The notes: a model not told the origin generated them from the letters alone. Shown: positions 1-9,129, counted from the stretch's first letter. The stretch is 64,000 nucleotides of DNA from Gemmatimonadota bacterium (GCA_039586815.1 JBDHJR010000019.1:7594-71593), one strand, 5' to 3'. A program made the numbers and translations.

Positions 1-1020
1 ACCGCGCAGTCCGCGTTCACGGCGGGCGGTGAGCAGTTCCCGGAGGGCACGTACGTCGTGGTACTGCGCCAGCCGTACGCAGCCTTTGCCAAGACGATGC
101 TCGAGGAGCAGGTCTACCCCGATCTGCGGCTGTATGAAGGGGGACCACCCAAGCCACCATACGACGTCACCGCGCACACGCTCCCGTTGCTGATGCACGT
201 GCAGGCAGTGCTGCTCGAGGACAGCGTGCCCATCTCGCTGTCGGAGCCGGTTTCCGTGCCGCAGCCGCGGTACAGCTACGCCGGCGCGGCCGAGAGCCGG
301 GGACACGTACGCGTCGGGCTGTACAAGAGCTACGCCGCTTCAATGGACGAGGGGTGGACCCGCTGGATCTTCGACACGTGGGGCGTTTCCTACGTCTCGC
401 TCGTCGATTCGGTCGTGCACGCGGGGAATCTGCACGAGCAGTTCGACGTCATCATCCTGCCCGACATGCGGGACTCGACGATCATCAAAGGCCTCCCGGC
501 GTCGCGGTACCCCGCGCCCTACGCCGGAGGTATCGGTATCGCCGGGATCGTCGCACTCAACCAGTTCGTCGAGGGGGGCGGTACGCTGCTGGCGTTCAAC
601 CGAGCTTCCACGTTCGCGATTGGGGCACTCGACCTCCCTGTGAGGGACGTTCTGGCAGACAAGAGCGATGAGGAGTTCTTCGCGCCGGGCAGCCTGTTCC
701 GCCTGGAGCTCGACACCACCCACCCACTTGCCAGCGGCATGCCCGGTCAGGTGGCGGCATGGTTCGAGCGCAGCCCCGTGTTCGAGATAGGGCGCACGCG
801 ACGCGCACGCGCGATCGGACGCTGGTCGGCCGATCCCGACCGCGTGTTGATGTCGGGCTGGGTCCTGCGGCCGGAGGAAGTGGCTGGGAAAGTGGCCATC
901 GTGGAGGTGTCGGCGGGGCAGGGGCGAGTGATCCTCTACGGCTTCCGCCCGCAGTATCGCGGCCAGACACTGGCGACCTACCCGCTGATCTTCAATGCGT
1001 TCACGGAGGCAACACGGTGA
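1..1020 (+). CDS. C-terminal part of an M14-type metallopeptidase-like protein with a class-I glutamine-amidotransferase-like domain (5' end outside the window)
   Basis: Frame 1 is open from nt 1, so the gene is cut by the window edge. The tail (PYDVTAHTLPLLMHV; FDVIILPD; GGGTLLAFNRAS) resembles C-terminal regions of large secreted M14 peptidases. GC3-rich codons. Confidence 0.55.
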   Translation, partial: TAQSAFTAGGEQFPEGTYVVVLRQPYAAFAKTMLEEQVYPDLRLYEGGPPKPPYDVTAHTLPLLMHVQAVLLEDSVPISLSEPVSVPQPRYSYAGAAESRGHVRVGLYKSYAASMDEGWTRWIFDTWGVSYVSLVDSVVHAGNLHEQFDVIILPDMRDSTIIKGLPASRYPAPYAGGIGIAGIVALNQFVEGGGTLLAFNRASTFAIGALDLPVRDVLADKSDEEFFAPGSLFRLELDTTHPLASGMPGQVAAWFERSPVFEIGRTRRARAIGRWSADPDRVLMSGWVLRPEEVAGKVAIVEVSAGQGRVILYGFRPQYRGQTLATYPLIFNAFTEATR

Positions 1021-2351
1021 CGCGGCGGATCGGCTGGATCGCCGCGGTCGGCGCGCTCGCGCTGTGCTCGCCCGTTGCGGCGCAGGACGAGGCGGCGGCC
1101 GGCCTTGCGGCGCCGCACCAGCAGCCGGTGCCCAACTACCTGCGCGACATGCTGCTCGCGGACGTAGCCTCGATACGCGTGCCCCTGCCGCCGATCGAGG
1201 TTCCGGAGCTTCCGACGCTGGTGCGCACCGAGCCTTCCCCCAACTACCTCGCATGGGTCGGCATGCCCCAGCCGGAGCCCATTACGCTTCCGGCTCCGCC
1301 GCCGGGCCGGCCGCCGGCCGTGGTACGCGGGATCTACCTCAATGCCTGGGTGTTCGGCTCGCGACGGTTCTACGACCTCGTGGCTCTCGCCGACTCGACC
1401 GAGGTGAACGCTTTCGTGATGGACGTGAAGGACGCCACGGGGTTCATCGCTTACCGATCGGGCGTTCCCACGGCGGTCGCCATCGGAGCAAATGACCTGG
1501 TGCGGGTGGCCGACGCCCGGGAGCGACTCGCGCTGCTCCAGACCAAGGGCATTCACGCCATCGCGCGCATCGTGGTGGCACGGGACCCGCTGCTGGCACG
1601 CGGCAAGCCGCATTGGGCGATACATCACGAGAACGGTGGCCTGTGGCGCGACGGCCTCGGCAAGCCCTGGGTGGACGCGTTCCACGACTCGGTGTGGGTC
1701 TACGCGGCCGAGCTCGCAGCCGAAGCGGTCCTGATGGGCTTCAAGGAGATCCAGTTCGACTACGTACGCTTCCCCGACGAGCCCAGGGAGCGCATGGAGA
1801 GCGCGGTGTACCGCGCGCGCAGCGGGGGTGAGAGCAAGCGCTCGGCGGTGCGCCGGCAGGTGGCACTATTGAAGGGAGAGGTGCAGCGCCTCGGAGTGCC
1901 GTTCACCCTGGACGTCTTCGGCCTCACCACCAGCGCGGGCGGCAGCATGGGGATCGGGCAGAATTGGGACGACCTGTCCGAGCTGGCAGACGTGCTTCTC
2001 CCCATGGTGTACCCGAGCCACTACCCTCGAGGCTCCTACAGCATTCCTTATCCCAACGCCGCGCCCTACGAGGTAGTGCGCCGCGCTCTCGAGGACGGGA
2101 TGCGACGCTCAGAGAGGCTCAGCGACCCGGCGCGGATCAGGCCGTACCTCCAGGCCTTCACCTTGAGGCGCCCACGCTACACCGCCACCGAAGTGCGGGC
2201 GCAGATACAGGCGGTGGAGGACGTAGGCCTTACCGACTGGGTGCTGTGGAATGCCAGCGGAAGGTATCCCGCCGCCGCGCTGCGGTCGGAACAGCGCTCG
2301 TCGGAGGGCGTGCTGGGTCCGATCACGAGCCCGAACGAAGGCCCGCAGTAG
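1017..2351 (+). CDS. Secreted putative glycoside hydrolase (DUF4015-type TIM-barrel domain)
   Basis: GTG at 1017 overlaps the upstream stop (GTGA). GGAGG lies 7 nt upstream. Signal peptide VTRRIGWIAAVGALALCSPVAAQ. Motif RGIYLNAW...EVNAFVMDVKDATGFIAYRS is typical of the DUF4015 putative glycosyl hydrolase family. Confidence 0.65.
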   Translation: MTRRIGWIAAVGALALCSPVAAQDEAAAGLAAPHQQPVPNYLRDMLLADVASIRVPLPPIEVPELPTLVRTEPSPNYLAWVGMPQPEPITLPAPPPGRPPAVVRGIYLNAWVFGSRRFYDLVALADSTEVNAFVMDVKDATGFIAYRSGVPTAVAIGANDLVRVADARERLALLQTKGIHAIARIVVARDPLLARGKPHWAIHHENGGLWRDGLGKPWVDAFHDSVWVYAAELAAEAVLMGFKEIQFDYVRFPDEPRERMESAVYRARSGGESKRSAVRRQVALLKGEVQRLGVPFTLDVFGLTTSAGGSMGIGQNWDDLSELADVLLPMVYPSHYPRGSYSIPYPNAAPYEVVRRALEDGMRRSERLSDPARIRPYLQAFTLRRPRYTATEVRAQIQAVEDVGLTDWVLWNASGRYPAAALRSEQRSSEGVLGPITSPNEGPQ

Positions 2352-4362
2352 GCTCCCACCCCACGATCCGGCCCGCGACGGCGCTCGCCGCCGTCGTGTA
2401 CGGACTCGCCAGGTAGAGTTGTCCGGGGCCGGAGCGGCCCGGGAAGTTGCGATTGATAGCGCTCACCGTGACCGTTTCCCTCTCGTACGACACGCCCGGT
2501 CCCGCGTTGATGCAGGCGCCGCAAGACGGCTCGATGAACTCCGCCCCCGCGTCGCGGAAGATCTCCAGGTAGCCGTTCTCCTCACAGTAGCGCTTCACCT
2601 CCTGCGAGCCGCACTGGATGAAGCACTTCACGTCGGAGTGCACTCGCTCACCTCGCTCAAGCGCCTCCCCGAACACGCGCGCGTACATGTCCATGTCCGA
2701 CTTCTTGCCGGCAGTGCAGGACCCCGCGTAGGCGATGTCGATCTTCACCGGCCCACCCAGCTCCCTCAGGAACAGGCCGTTCCCGGGATCTCCCGGAAGC
2801 GCCACCATGGGCTCGAGGTCGGCGGAGTCGAATTCGATGACGGTCTCGTACACCGCCCCTTCGTCCGAGTAGAGCCCCTCCAGCAGCGGCCTCACCTGCT
2901 GCGGGTCCAGCCCGCGCTCCCGCGCCAGAAACTCGACGGCCTTCTCGTCGGGTCGCACGATGCCGGTGAACGCCCCGACCTCGGCAGCCATGTTCGTCAT
3001 GGTTGCGCGCTCGTCGATCGAAAGCTGCTCCACGGCCTCGCCGGCGTACTCCACGATCTTCCCGATGGCATTCCCGTCCTTTACGTACGGGTGCCGCAGG
3101 ATCTGGAGCATGAAGTCCTTGGCGGTGACGTTGTCGGGCTTGCGTCCGTTCACCCGCACCAGAACCGAGGGCGGGACCTTGATGCGCACGTCCTTCGTGA
3201 GCCAGGAGTTGAAGATCGCCGTGGTTCCGACGCCGAACGCCACCGCCCCGATCGCACCGGCATGGGGAGTGTGGGAATCGGTGCCGATGATGAGTTGGCC
3301 CGGTAACGCGTGCTGCTCGAGGATCTTCGAGTGGCAGATGGCCTCGGACCCGACCACCGCCATGTGCGGCCCCATGCGTGGCAGCTCACCGTACAGCCGT
3401 ACACCCTGCTGCTCGGCAAACCCCTCCTGCTTCGCCTTGAGCTCGAGAGCGACGTCGAGCAAGCCCTGCGCCTTGCGCTCATCGGTCATGGCGATCTCGA
3501 GGAAGGTCAGGTGATCGCGGAAGAAGAACACGGACTGCGGGTCCACGATGCTCTCGCTCTCCCCCACGTAGTCTCGCCAGAATATCGCCGCCATCGGCGT
3601 CACGTACTCGTGGCTGAACCGGATGTCGGTGCGGGCGAAGCCCTCGTCGCCCGGTTGCACGTGCGGCACACCGACTTCGTTGCGGGCGAGGTCGGCCACC
3701 CAGTGGCGTGCGATGATCTTCTCGGCCAGGGTCATGGGACGCTCGCCCGTCGCTACGGCCGGCACGCGCACCTTGCCCTGGATACGCGCCACGTTGTAGT
3801 CGAACAGGCCGCCGTGCTCGATGATCCCGCGGGTGATCTCACCTTCGCCCTCGGTGAAAACACTGAGCGGAATCTCCTCACCGCGCCGCACGCGCTCGAT
3901 GAGCGAGAAGTCGGTGCTGGTGAGGATGCCGAGGTTCTGGCAGTTCTCCCTGTAGATGCGCTCGATGTTCTCCGCGATGACGAGCCGTATGCCGGCCATC
4001 ATCTCGGCATAGGGAGACTGCTCGCGCGACGACCCCTTGCCGCGGCGCTTGCCGCTCACCGAGCAGACGAAGCCTCCACCGCGTACGCTTCCCGGCGTCA
4101 CGGGGAAATCGTCGCCGGCCTGTAGCCCGAGGTAGGGAAAGTCGCCCAGCGTCGCGTCGTAGTAGTAGCAGATGTAGGCGGGTGTGATCTCGTCGGTGGA
4201 GATGTTGTCGCGCAGCGGCACGGCGCTCGGCCAATCGAGGTCCGATCCCTCGAGCTGCCCGCGCAGCAGCTCCGCGTCATCTACCAGGAACAGGACGCGG
4301 CCCTCGAACCGCACTTGCTCGGGGCGCCGCTGCACTGGTCTCGACTTGATGCTCTCGATCAC
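2323..4362 (-). CDS. Aconitase-family hydro-lyase with an N-terminal LeuD-like swivel domain followed by a LeuC-like catalytic region (permuted domain order)
   Basis: 679 aa. The N-terminal ~190 aa resembles the aconitase swivel domain (DNISTDEITPA; GKGSSREQSP). The remainder carries GTDSHTPHAG, YAGSCTAGK and EPSCGACINAGPG Fe-S ligand motifs. Confidence 0.85.
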   Translation of the reverse strand: MIESIKSRPVQRRPEQVRFEGRVLFLVDDAELLRGQLEGSDLDWPSAVPLRDNISTDEITPAYICYYYDATLGDFPYLGLQAGDDFPVTPGSVRGGGFVCSVSGKRRGKGSSREQSPYAEMMAGIRLVIAENIERIYRENCQNLGILTSTDFSLIERVRRGEEIPLSVFTEGEGEITRGIIEHGGLFDYNVARIQGKVRVPAVATGERPMTLAEKIIARHWVADLARNEVGVPHVQPGDEGFARTDIRFSHEYVTPMAAIFWRDYVGESESIVDPQSVFFFRDHLTFLEIAMTDERKAQGLLDVALELKAKQEGFAEQQGVRLYGELPRMGPHMAVVGSEAICHSKILEQHALPGQLIIGTDSHTPHAGAIGAVAFGVGTTAIFNSWLTKDVRIKVPPSVLVRVNGRKPDNVTAKDFMLQILRHPYVKDGNAIGKIVEYAGEAVEQLSIDERATMTNMAAEVGAFTGIVRPDEKAVEFLARERGLDPQQVRPLLEGLYSDEGAVYETVIEFDSADLEPMVALPGDPGNGLFLRELGGPVKIDIAYAGSCTAGKKSDMDMYARVFGEALERGERVHSDVKCFIQCGSQEVKRYCEENGYLEIFRDAGAEFIEPSCGACINAGPGVSYERETVTVSAINRNFPGRSGPGQLYLASPYTTAASAVAGRIVGWEPTAGLRSGS

Positions 4363-4421
4363 AAGGGCCGAAAGTTGACCGTTCCGTTTCCGTGTGGCAA
4401 GCGGCCTTGTAGTATTGGGCG

Positions 4422-5330
4422 ATGACCACGGCCTCGTGGATACTCGCGATTGCCGGCGTGACGCTGCACGCCCAGGCCGCCCTGGGCCAGTGGGCGCAGC
4501 CCACGTTCTATCGAGTCACCGGCCGATTCGAGGAATCGCGCATCACCGAGAGCTCGGGCGTGGCCGTGAGCCGCAAGCATCCCGGTGTTCTCTGGACGCA
4601 CAACGACGGGGGCAACGCACCGAACCTGTACGCCACCAATCTGCTGGGCGACGACCTGGGTCACTACCGCGTCGTGGGCGTGGACGCACGGGACTGGGAG
4701 GACATCGCCCTCGGTCCGTGTCCCAACTCCGACGCGACCTGCATATACATCGCCGACACCGGCGACAACCTGCGTCGTCGCAGCAGCGTCGCGATCCACA
4801 TCATTGAGGAGCCCGGCGTGCCCCCCGAGCCGGGAAAGCGGGCAAGCCGCGACCTGCGAGCCAGTCGGATCGAGGTGCGCTACCCCGACCGGCCGCACGA
4901 CGTGGAGGCGCTGGCGGTCGCTCCCGACGGTGAGGTTCTGCTCCTCACCAAGGGGTGGCAGGGGCGCATCAAGATGTTTACCGTGCCGCTCGGCACCGCG
5001 CGGGATACGTCTGTGACCGCTGTGGACGAAGGCACACTCGACCTCATGCCGCAGCGCACGCTCGGGCGGCTGGTTACCGGTGCGGCCGTCTCCCCGAGCG
5101 GCCGCCGACTGGTGGTGCGCACGTACTCAGAGATCGATCTTTATCGCAGGGGACCCGGGGCCATCGTGCGCGACACCGGCCCATGCTGGCTCGGTCTGCG
5201 AGAGCGGCAGGGTGAGGCGGTGGACTTCTGGGACGAGGACCTCATGGTCCTAACCAGCGAGGCGGCACCCAACCGGCGTGGCACCATCGCCCTGGTGCGG
5301 TGCCCGACATCCGCGCAGGAGGGAAGCTAG
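4422..5330 (+). CDS. Secreted hypothetical protein (probable beta-propeller-like fold)
   Basis: Signal peptide MTTASWILAIAGVTLHAQA. Coding-like composition. Motifs ESSGVAVS, LWTHNDGGN and IYIADTGDN. No function recognised. Confidence 0.7.
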   Translation: MTTASWILAIAGVTLHAQAALGQWAQPTFYRVTGRFEESRITESSGVAVSRKHPGVLWTHNDGGNAPNLYATNLLGDDLGHYRVVGVDARDWEDIALGPCPNSDATCIYIADTGDNLRRRSSVAIHIIEEPGVPPEPGKRASRDLRASRIEVRYPDRPHDVEALAVAPDGEVLLLTKGWQGRIKMFTVPLGTARDTSVTAVDEGTLDLMPQRTLGRLVTGAAVSPSGRRLVVRTYSEIDLYRRGPGAIVRDTGPCWLGLRERQGEAVDFWDEDLMVLTSEAAPNRRGTIALVRCPTSAQEGS

Positions 5331-7015
5331 TGAGCTCCGGGTTTGCACGAGCAGCGGCAATACTGTGCGCCCTGACTTGTCTACTCCCCCGGGCCGAGGC
5401 ACGGGCGCAGCAACGGACCACAGCCGACCTGGACCGGGGCCTCGCGGCGATTTCGGCCAATGCGGCACGGGCGCACGTGCGGTTCCTCTCCCATGATTTG
5501 CTGGGAGGACGGGCCCCGGGTACCGCAGGCGCGGAGATCGCAGCCCAGTACATCGCTGCGCAATTCGAGCTCCTGGGCCTCGAGCCGGGAGCGGCGAACG
5601 GGAGCTACTTCCAGCCCGTCAGCTTGCGCGGTGCGACGCCCGAGCCGTCTCTGGTACTCGGCATCGGCCCCCGGACAACCAGCTTCGAGTACCTCTCCGA
5701 GTTCGTCGCGTGGCCCACACGACCCGAGGAATCGGTGACGGTGGATGGCGAGGTCGTGTTCGTGGGCCACGGTATCGAAGCACCCGAGTGGGCTTGGGAC
5801 GACTACAAGAGCACCTCCCTCACGGGGAAAATCCTGCTGATGCTGGTCAACGATCCGGGCCTCGCCGACTCGACCCGCTTCAACGGCAGGGCGCTCACCT
5901 ACTACGGTCGCTGGACCTACAAGCTGGAGCAGGCAGCTCGACTCGGCGCCGTCGGCGCCATTCTCATTCACACCGACGAGAGCGCCACCTACCCCTGGAG
6001 CGTAGTGCGGAGTTCATGGTCGGGCGAACAGATCCAGCTCGATCGTGCAGCACGGGAATCGTTGCGATTCGGAGCGTGGATCACGCAGGAGGCGGCGCGC
6101 GCGGCGCTGGCAGCGACCGGCCGCGACTACGACTTGCTGGTGCGCCGGGCCCGGCAGCAGCAGTTCCGACCCATTCCGCTGGACGCGCACGCGGTGGTAC
6201 ACATTCGCAGCCAGGTACGGCGCATACGGTCCGTGAACGTCGTGGCACGGCTTCCCGGAGCCGATCCCGAGGGGAGCCGAGAGGCGGTGGTCCTCACGTC
6301 GCACTACGACCACCTCGGCACGGGAACCCCGGTCGGGGGCGACTCCATATACAACGGAGCGCAGGACAACGCGTCAGGCGTGGCGGCACTGCTCGCGGTG
6401 GGAGCGGGACTCAGCGCCAGCGGTGCTGCCCCGCGTCGCTCCATCATCCTGGTGGCCACCACGGCAGAGGAGGCGGGCCTGCTCGGAGCGCAGGCCTACA
6501 CCGAGGAGCCGCCGGTGCCGCTGGAGCACACCGCCGCCGCCATCAACATCGACGGCGTCAACCTCTGGGGCGCCACCCGCGACGTGGTTGCGCTGGGGGC
6601 GGAGCGCTCTGGGATCACGGCATACGTAGACGGGACGTGGGCCTCCGAGGGCCTGCGGGTTTCTCCCGACCCCACCCCGCACGCAGGCCTTTTCTATCGC
6701 TCGGACCATCTGGCATTCGCCCGCGCCGGGATACCAGTGGTCTCGCTCCGGGCCGGATCGGATTACGCGGGGCACCCCCCGGAATGGGGCGCCGAGCGGG
6801 AGCACGAGTACGTGACTCAGCGCTACCACCAGCCCGGCGATGAGTTCCAGGACGATTTCGACTTCGCGGGCCTCGTGCAGCAGGCACGTCTCATGTTGAA
6901 ACTGGCGTGGGAGATCGCCGCCGTCTCCGAGTACCCCGAGTGGAACCGGGATTCCGAGTTCAGGCCGGCTGGCGAGCAGTTGCGGCTCAAGCGGCTGCGG
7001 GAAACGACTCCCTAA
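5330..7015 (+). CDS. M28-family aminopeptidase with PA domain, secreted
   Basis: GTG at 5330 is preceded by AGGAGGG; the ORF opens at 5300, also GTG. Signal peptide present. Motifs: RFLSHDLLGGRAPGT, HYDHLG, NGAQDNASGVAALL, EEAGLLGA, SDHLAF. Confidence 0.85.
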   Translation: MSSGFARAAAILCALTCLLPRAEARAQQRTTADLDRGLAAISANAARAHVRFLSHDLLGGRAPGTAGAEIAAQYIAAQFELLGLEPGAANGSYFQPVSLRGATPEPSLVLGIGPRTTSFEYLSEFVAWPTRPEESVTVDGEVVFVGHGIEAPEWAWDDYKSTSLTGKILLMLVNDPGLADSTRFNGRALTYYGRWTYKLEQAARLGAVGAILIHTDESATYPWSVVRSSWSGEQIQLDRAARESLRFGAWITQEAARAALAATGRDYDLLVRRARQQQFRPIPLDAHAVVHIRSQVRRIRSVNVVARLPGADPEGSREAVVLTSHYDHLGTGTPVGGDSIYNGAQDNASGVAALLAVGAGLSASGAAPRRSIILVATTAEEAGLLGAQAYTEEPPVPLEHTAAAINIDGVNLWGATRDVVALGAERSGITAYVDGTWASEGLRVSPDPTPHAGLFYRSDHLAFARAGIPVVSLRAGSDYAGHPPEWGAEREHEYVTQRYHQPGDEFQDDFDFAGLVQQARLMLKLAWEIAAVSEYPEWNRDSEFRPAGEQLRLKRLRETTP

Positions 7016-7032
7016 CCGATTCTCACCCCTCC

Positions 7033-7056
7033 TTGCCCCTGGCCGAAACGGGGCAA
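7033..7056 (+). terminator. Hairpin downstream of the M28 peptidase gene (TTGCCCC, 10-nt loop, GGGGCAA)
   Basis: Perfect 7-bp stem 18 nt after the stop at 7015. There is no clear U-tract, so the terminator function is tentative. Confidence 0.3.
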
Positions 7057-7063
7057 AGTTGGT

Positions 7064-8221
7064 ATGTTCCCGCCCGATTTTCCGGCCATCTCGGCTCCTC
7101 AAGGAGACGAACCCCTGGATTTGCCGACCAAACACCGGGTTCCAGTGACCTGGATCAGAGAGAACGCCTGCGCTCCGATCCGCTGGCGCACCGTCTCAGA
7201 GATTCTCCCTCCCGGATCAGCGACCTCTGCCGACGCCCACGCCCTGCGTGCGGAAGTCGTTGATTTCAAGGGTGTTACGCAGACAATCAAGAAGCAGAAG
7301 CCAACCGGTATCTGGGGGGGCAACATCCTGGGCCTGGCGGCGTCAAAGGCGCAGGGCACAAGAGATGTCGGGACAGTGGCGCAATACCGTCACTTGGTTG
7401 AGCTGGGCTATCCCGCCGGCGAGCGGCCATACCGACTGGCGGAGCGGCTGTTCCACCGGCTCCTCTCGCGCGACGAGGATCCGGCGCTGCTGTTCGAGTA
7501 CCAGAAGGCGGCCAAGGCCAACGCGGCCCTGGGGCCGTGGGCTCGCGACCTGATGCGGGAAGCCGCCACGGCTGCGCTGGCCCATGCCGGGCATATCGAC
7601 GACCCCCGAGTGCGGGGAGCGGCGCACAGGATCTCGTCGCGGATCTCCCAGTTCCTGCGCAGCGAGTTCTCCGAGAAGCCGATCAAACGGTCGGCCTCCC
7701 GCAACATCCTGCAGCCCGATGCGTACCCGCCCACCGTGTTTTCCGTTGCGTTGGTCGCCTACATGCCCAATGTGCAGCGGGAGCGGGCCGGTTTCGTAGA
7801 TCGCCTCGGCGCGTACCTGGTGCAGCCCGCACCCAAGCGCACTTACGTGATCCAGGTCGGCCGCAAGGTCATGAAGCCGACGTTCCAGCTGCTGGGCGAC
7901 CCGCTCAAGGCCGAGTCCTCGGGCAACCCGAAGGACCTGCCGTTCGCGCTGCACTGGATCGAGATCCTTGCGCGACTCGGAGTCCTGCAGAAGTCTGCCA
8001 CGGCTCAGCGGATTCTGAGTCGGCTGTTCCGGGACTGCGATGGCCAGGGCGTTTGGAACCCGAAGAACCTCCGGGCCCTGCCAAAGAGCGGCTCGAAGCT
8101 GGCGGATTTCGCGTTCCCGCTCGAGACCGACAGCAAGACCGCAGAGCGCCGCAAGGCCGACGTTACGTTCCGGCTGGCGTTGATCGCCAAACACGCGGGG
8201 TTGGAGCTGGAGTACACGTAG
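7064..8221 (+). CDS. Hypothetical protein (385 aa, cytoplasmic, alpha-helical-looking), no family recognised
   Basis: Balanced amino-acid composition versus the R/G/L/Q-rich antisense ORF 7343..8431. By eye it uses more A/T-ending codons than its neighbours. No signal peptide or known catalytic motif. Confidence 0.7.
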   Translation: MFPPDFPAISAPQGDEPLDLPTKHRVPVTWIRENACAPIRWRTVSEILPPGSATSADAHALRAEVVDFKGVTQTIKKQKPTGIWGGNILGLAASKAQGTRDVGTVAQYRHLVELGYPAGERPYRLAERLFHRLLSRDEDPALLFEYQKAAKANAALGPWARDLMREAATAALAHAGHIDDPRVRGAAHRISSRISQFLRSEFSEKPIKRSASRNILQPDAYPPTVFSVALVAYMPNVQRERAGFVDRLGAYLVQPAPKRTYVIQVGRKVMKPTFQLLGDPLKAESSGNPKDLPFALHWIEILARLGVLQKSATAQRILSRLFRDCDGQGVWNPKNLRALPKSGSKLADFAFPLETDSKTAERRKADVTFRLALIAKHAGLELEYT

Positions 8222-8242
8222 GCTCTGCGCAGGACCGCAGCC

Positions 8243-8305
8243 AGGCAGCCATTGCCACCCTCGGCTCACTGCCGAGCTGCGAAAACGTGCCGGCAATGGC
8301 TGCCT
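8243..8305 (+). terminator. Nested stem-loop: 14-bp perfect inverted repeat enclosing a 6-bp hairpin
   Basis: AGGCAGCCATTGCC (8243-8256) pairs with GGCAATGGCTGCCT (8292-8305). The inner hairpin is CTCGGC-tcact-GCCGAG (8260-8276). It begins 22 nt after the stop of 7064..8221. No U-tract follows. Confidence 0.35.
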
Positions 8306-8366
8306 CTCCGAAACCACCTCCCGTTCCCGTTGTACCCCTGCTTGCCTCGCGGCACCGAAGTCCCCA

Positions 8367-8387
8367 TAGTAGTTGCGGTCACTACTA
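8367..8387. promoter_or_regulatory. AT-rich palindrome TAGTAGT-N7-ACTACTA directly upstream of the TrmB-like regulator start (candidate operator)
   Basis: Perfect 7-bp inverted repeat ending 3 nt before the ATG at 8391. It stands out as AT-rich in a GC-rich genome. Confidence 0.3.
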
Positions 8388-8390
8388 CCT

Positions 8391-9083
8391 ATGCCGGATC
8401 TCGATTTCACGCCATTTGGCTTCACCCCCACAGAGAGCCTCGTGTACGAGGCGCTGCTGGAGCGCGGCCCGTCATCGGGCTATCGCCTCTCCAAGGCCTT
8501 AAGCGTTGCAAGGGCAAACACTTACCAGGCGTTGAACGGACTCGTGGCGAAGGGGGCCGCGGAGGCCGGGCAGGAGACCCCCAAGATATTCCGGCCGGTT
8601 TCGCCCGAGGCCCTGCTCGCCCTGGTCGCTCGAGATCAGGCCCGCCGGCTGGACCGGCTGGAGCGGCGGCTGAGTGAGCGGCGCGGCACCGGCGAGCCCG
8701 CGATCATTCCCCTGAGGGGCGAGCGAGAGCTGCAGGAGCTGGTGCTCCGGACCGCTGCCCGTGCCGCGGGTCCGGTCTCATTCCTGGGGCCTGGCCGCCA
8801 GATCTCGCAGCTGCTGCCCGTGTGGCGCAAGCGAGCCTCCGACGGAGCCCAAACGGAGCTTTGGGTCGTGGGGGACTCGCCGCAGAGCTTCCCCCTCCCA
8901 ATCGCCGGCACAGTCGATCCCGAAGCCCTGGACAGCCACTTCGGGGCACCGGCCACCATTCTGCTGGCACCGGGTGCCGCCATCCTGGCCACGGAGCACG
9001 CCGGCTCCCTCTCGGGCTACTGGTCCTCAGATCCCATCCTGTTGGGCGCGGCGAGCGCTTGCCTCACCGCTTTGACCACCTGA
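8391..9083 (+). CDS. TrmB-family winged-helix transcriptional regulator
   Basis: N-terminal FGFTPTESLVYEALLERGPSSGYRLSKALSVARANTYQALNGLVAKG matches the TrmB-type wHTH. I prefer the ATG at 8391 over the TTG at 8373 listed in the track. Confidence 0.75.
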   Translation: MPDLDFTPFGFTPTESLVYEALLERGPSSGYRLSKALSVARANTYQALNGLVAKGAAEAGQETPKIFRPVSPEALLALVARDQARRLDRLERRLSERRGTGEPAIIPLRGERELQELVLRTAARAAGPVSFLGPGRQISQLLPVWRKRASDGAQTELWVVGDSPQSFPLPIAGTVDPEALDSHFGAPATILLAPGAAILATEHAGSLSGYWSSDPILLGAASACLTALTT

Positions 9084-9100
9084 CCAGCGGTCTTCGCTCC

Positions 9101-9129
9101 TTGACAAGCGACACCTCGACACCAAGTAT
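9101..9129 (+). promoter_or_regulatory. Candidate sigma-70 promoter for the TetR gene (TTGACA, 17-nt spacer, AAGTAT)
   Basis: Perfect -35 hexamer at 9101-9106, 17-nt spacer, weak -10 at 9124-9129, about 30 nt upstream of the GTG at 9160. Confidence 0.35.

Noticed and set aside
7343-8431. 362-aa ORF antisense to the 7064..8221 gene
   Set aside because: It has an Arg/Gly/Leu/Gln-rich, low-complexity composition typical of antisense frames in GC-rich DNA. The plus-strand ORF has a balanced composition and a sensible start.
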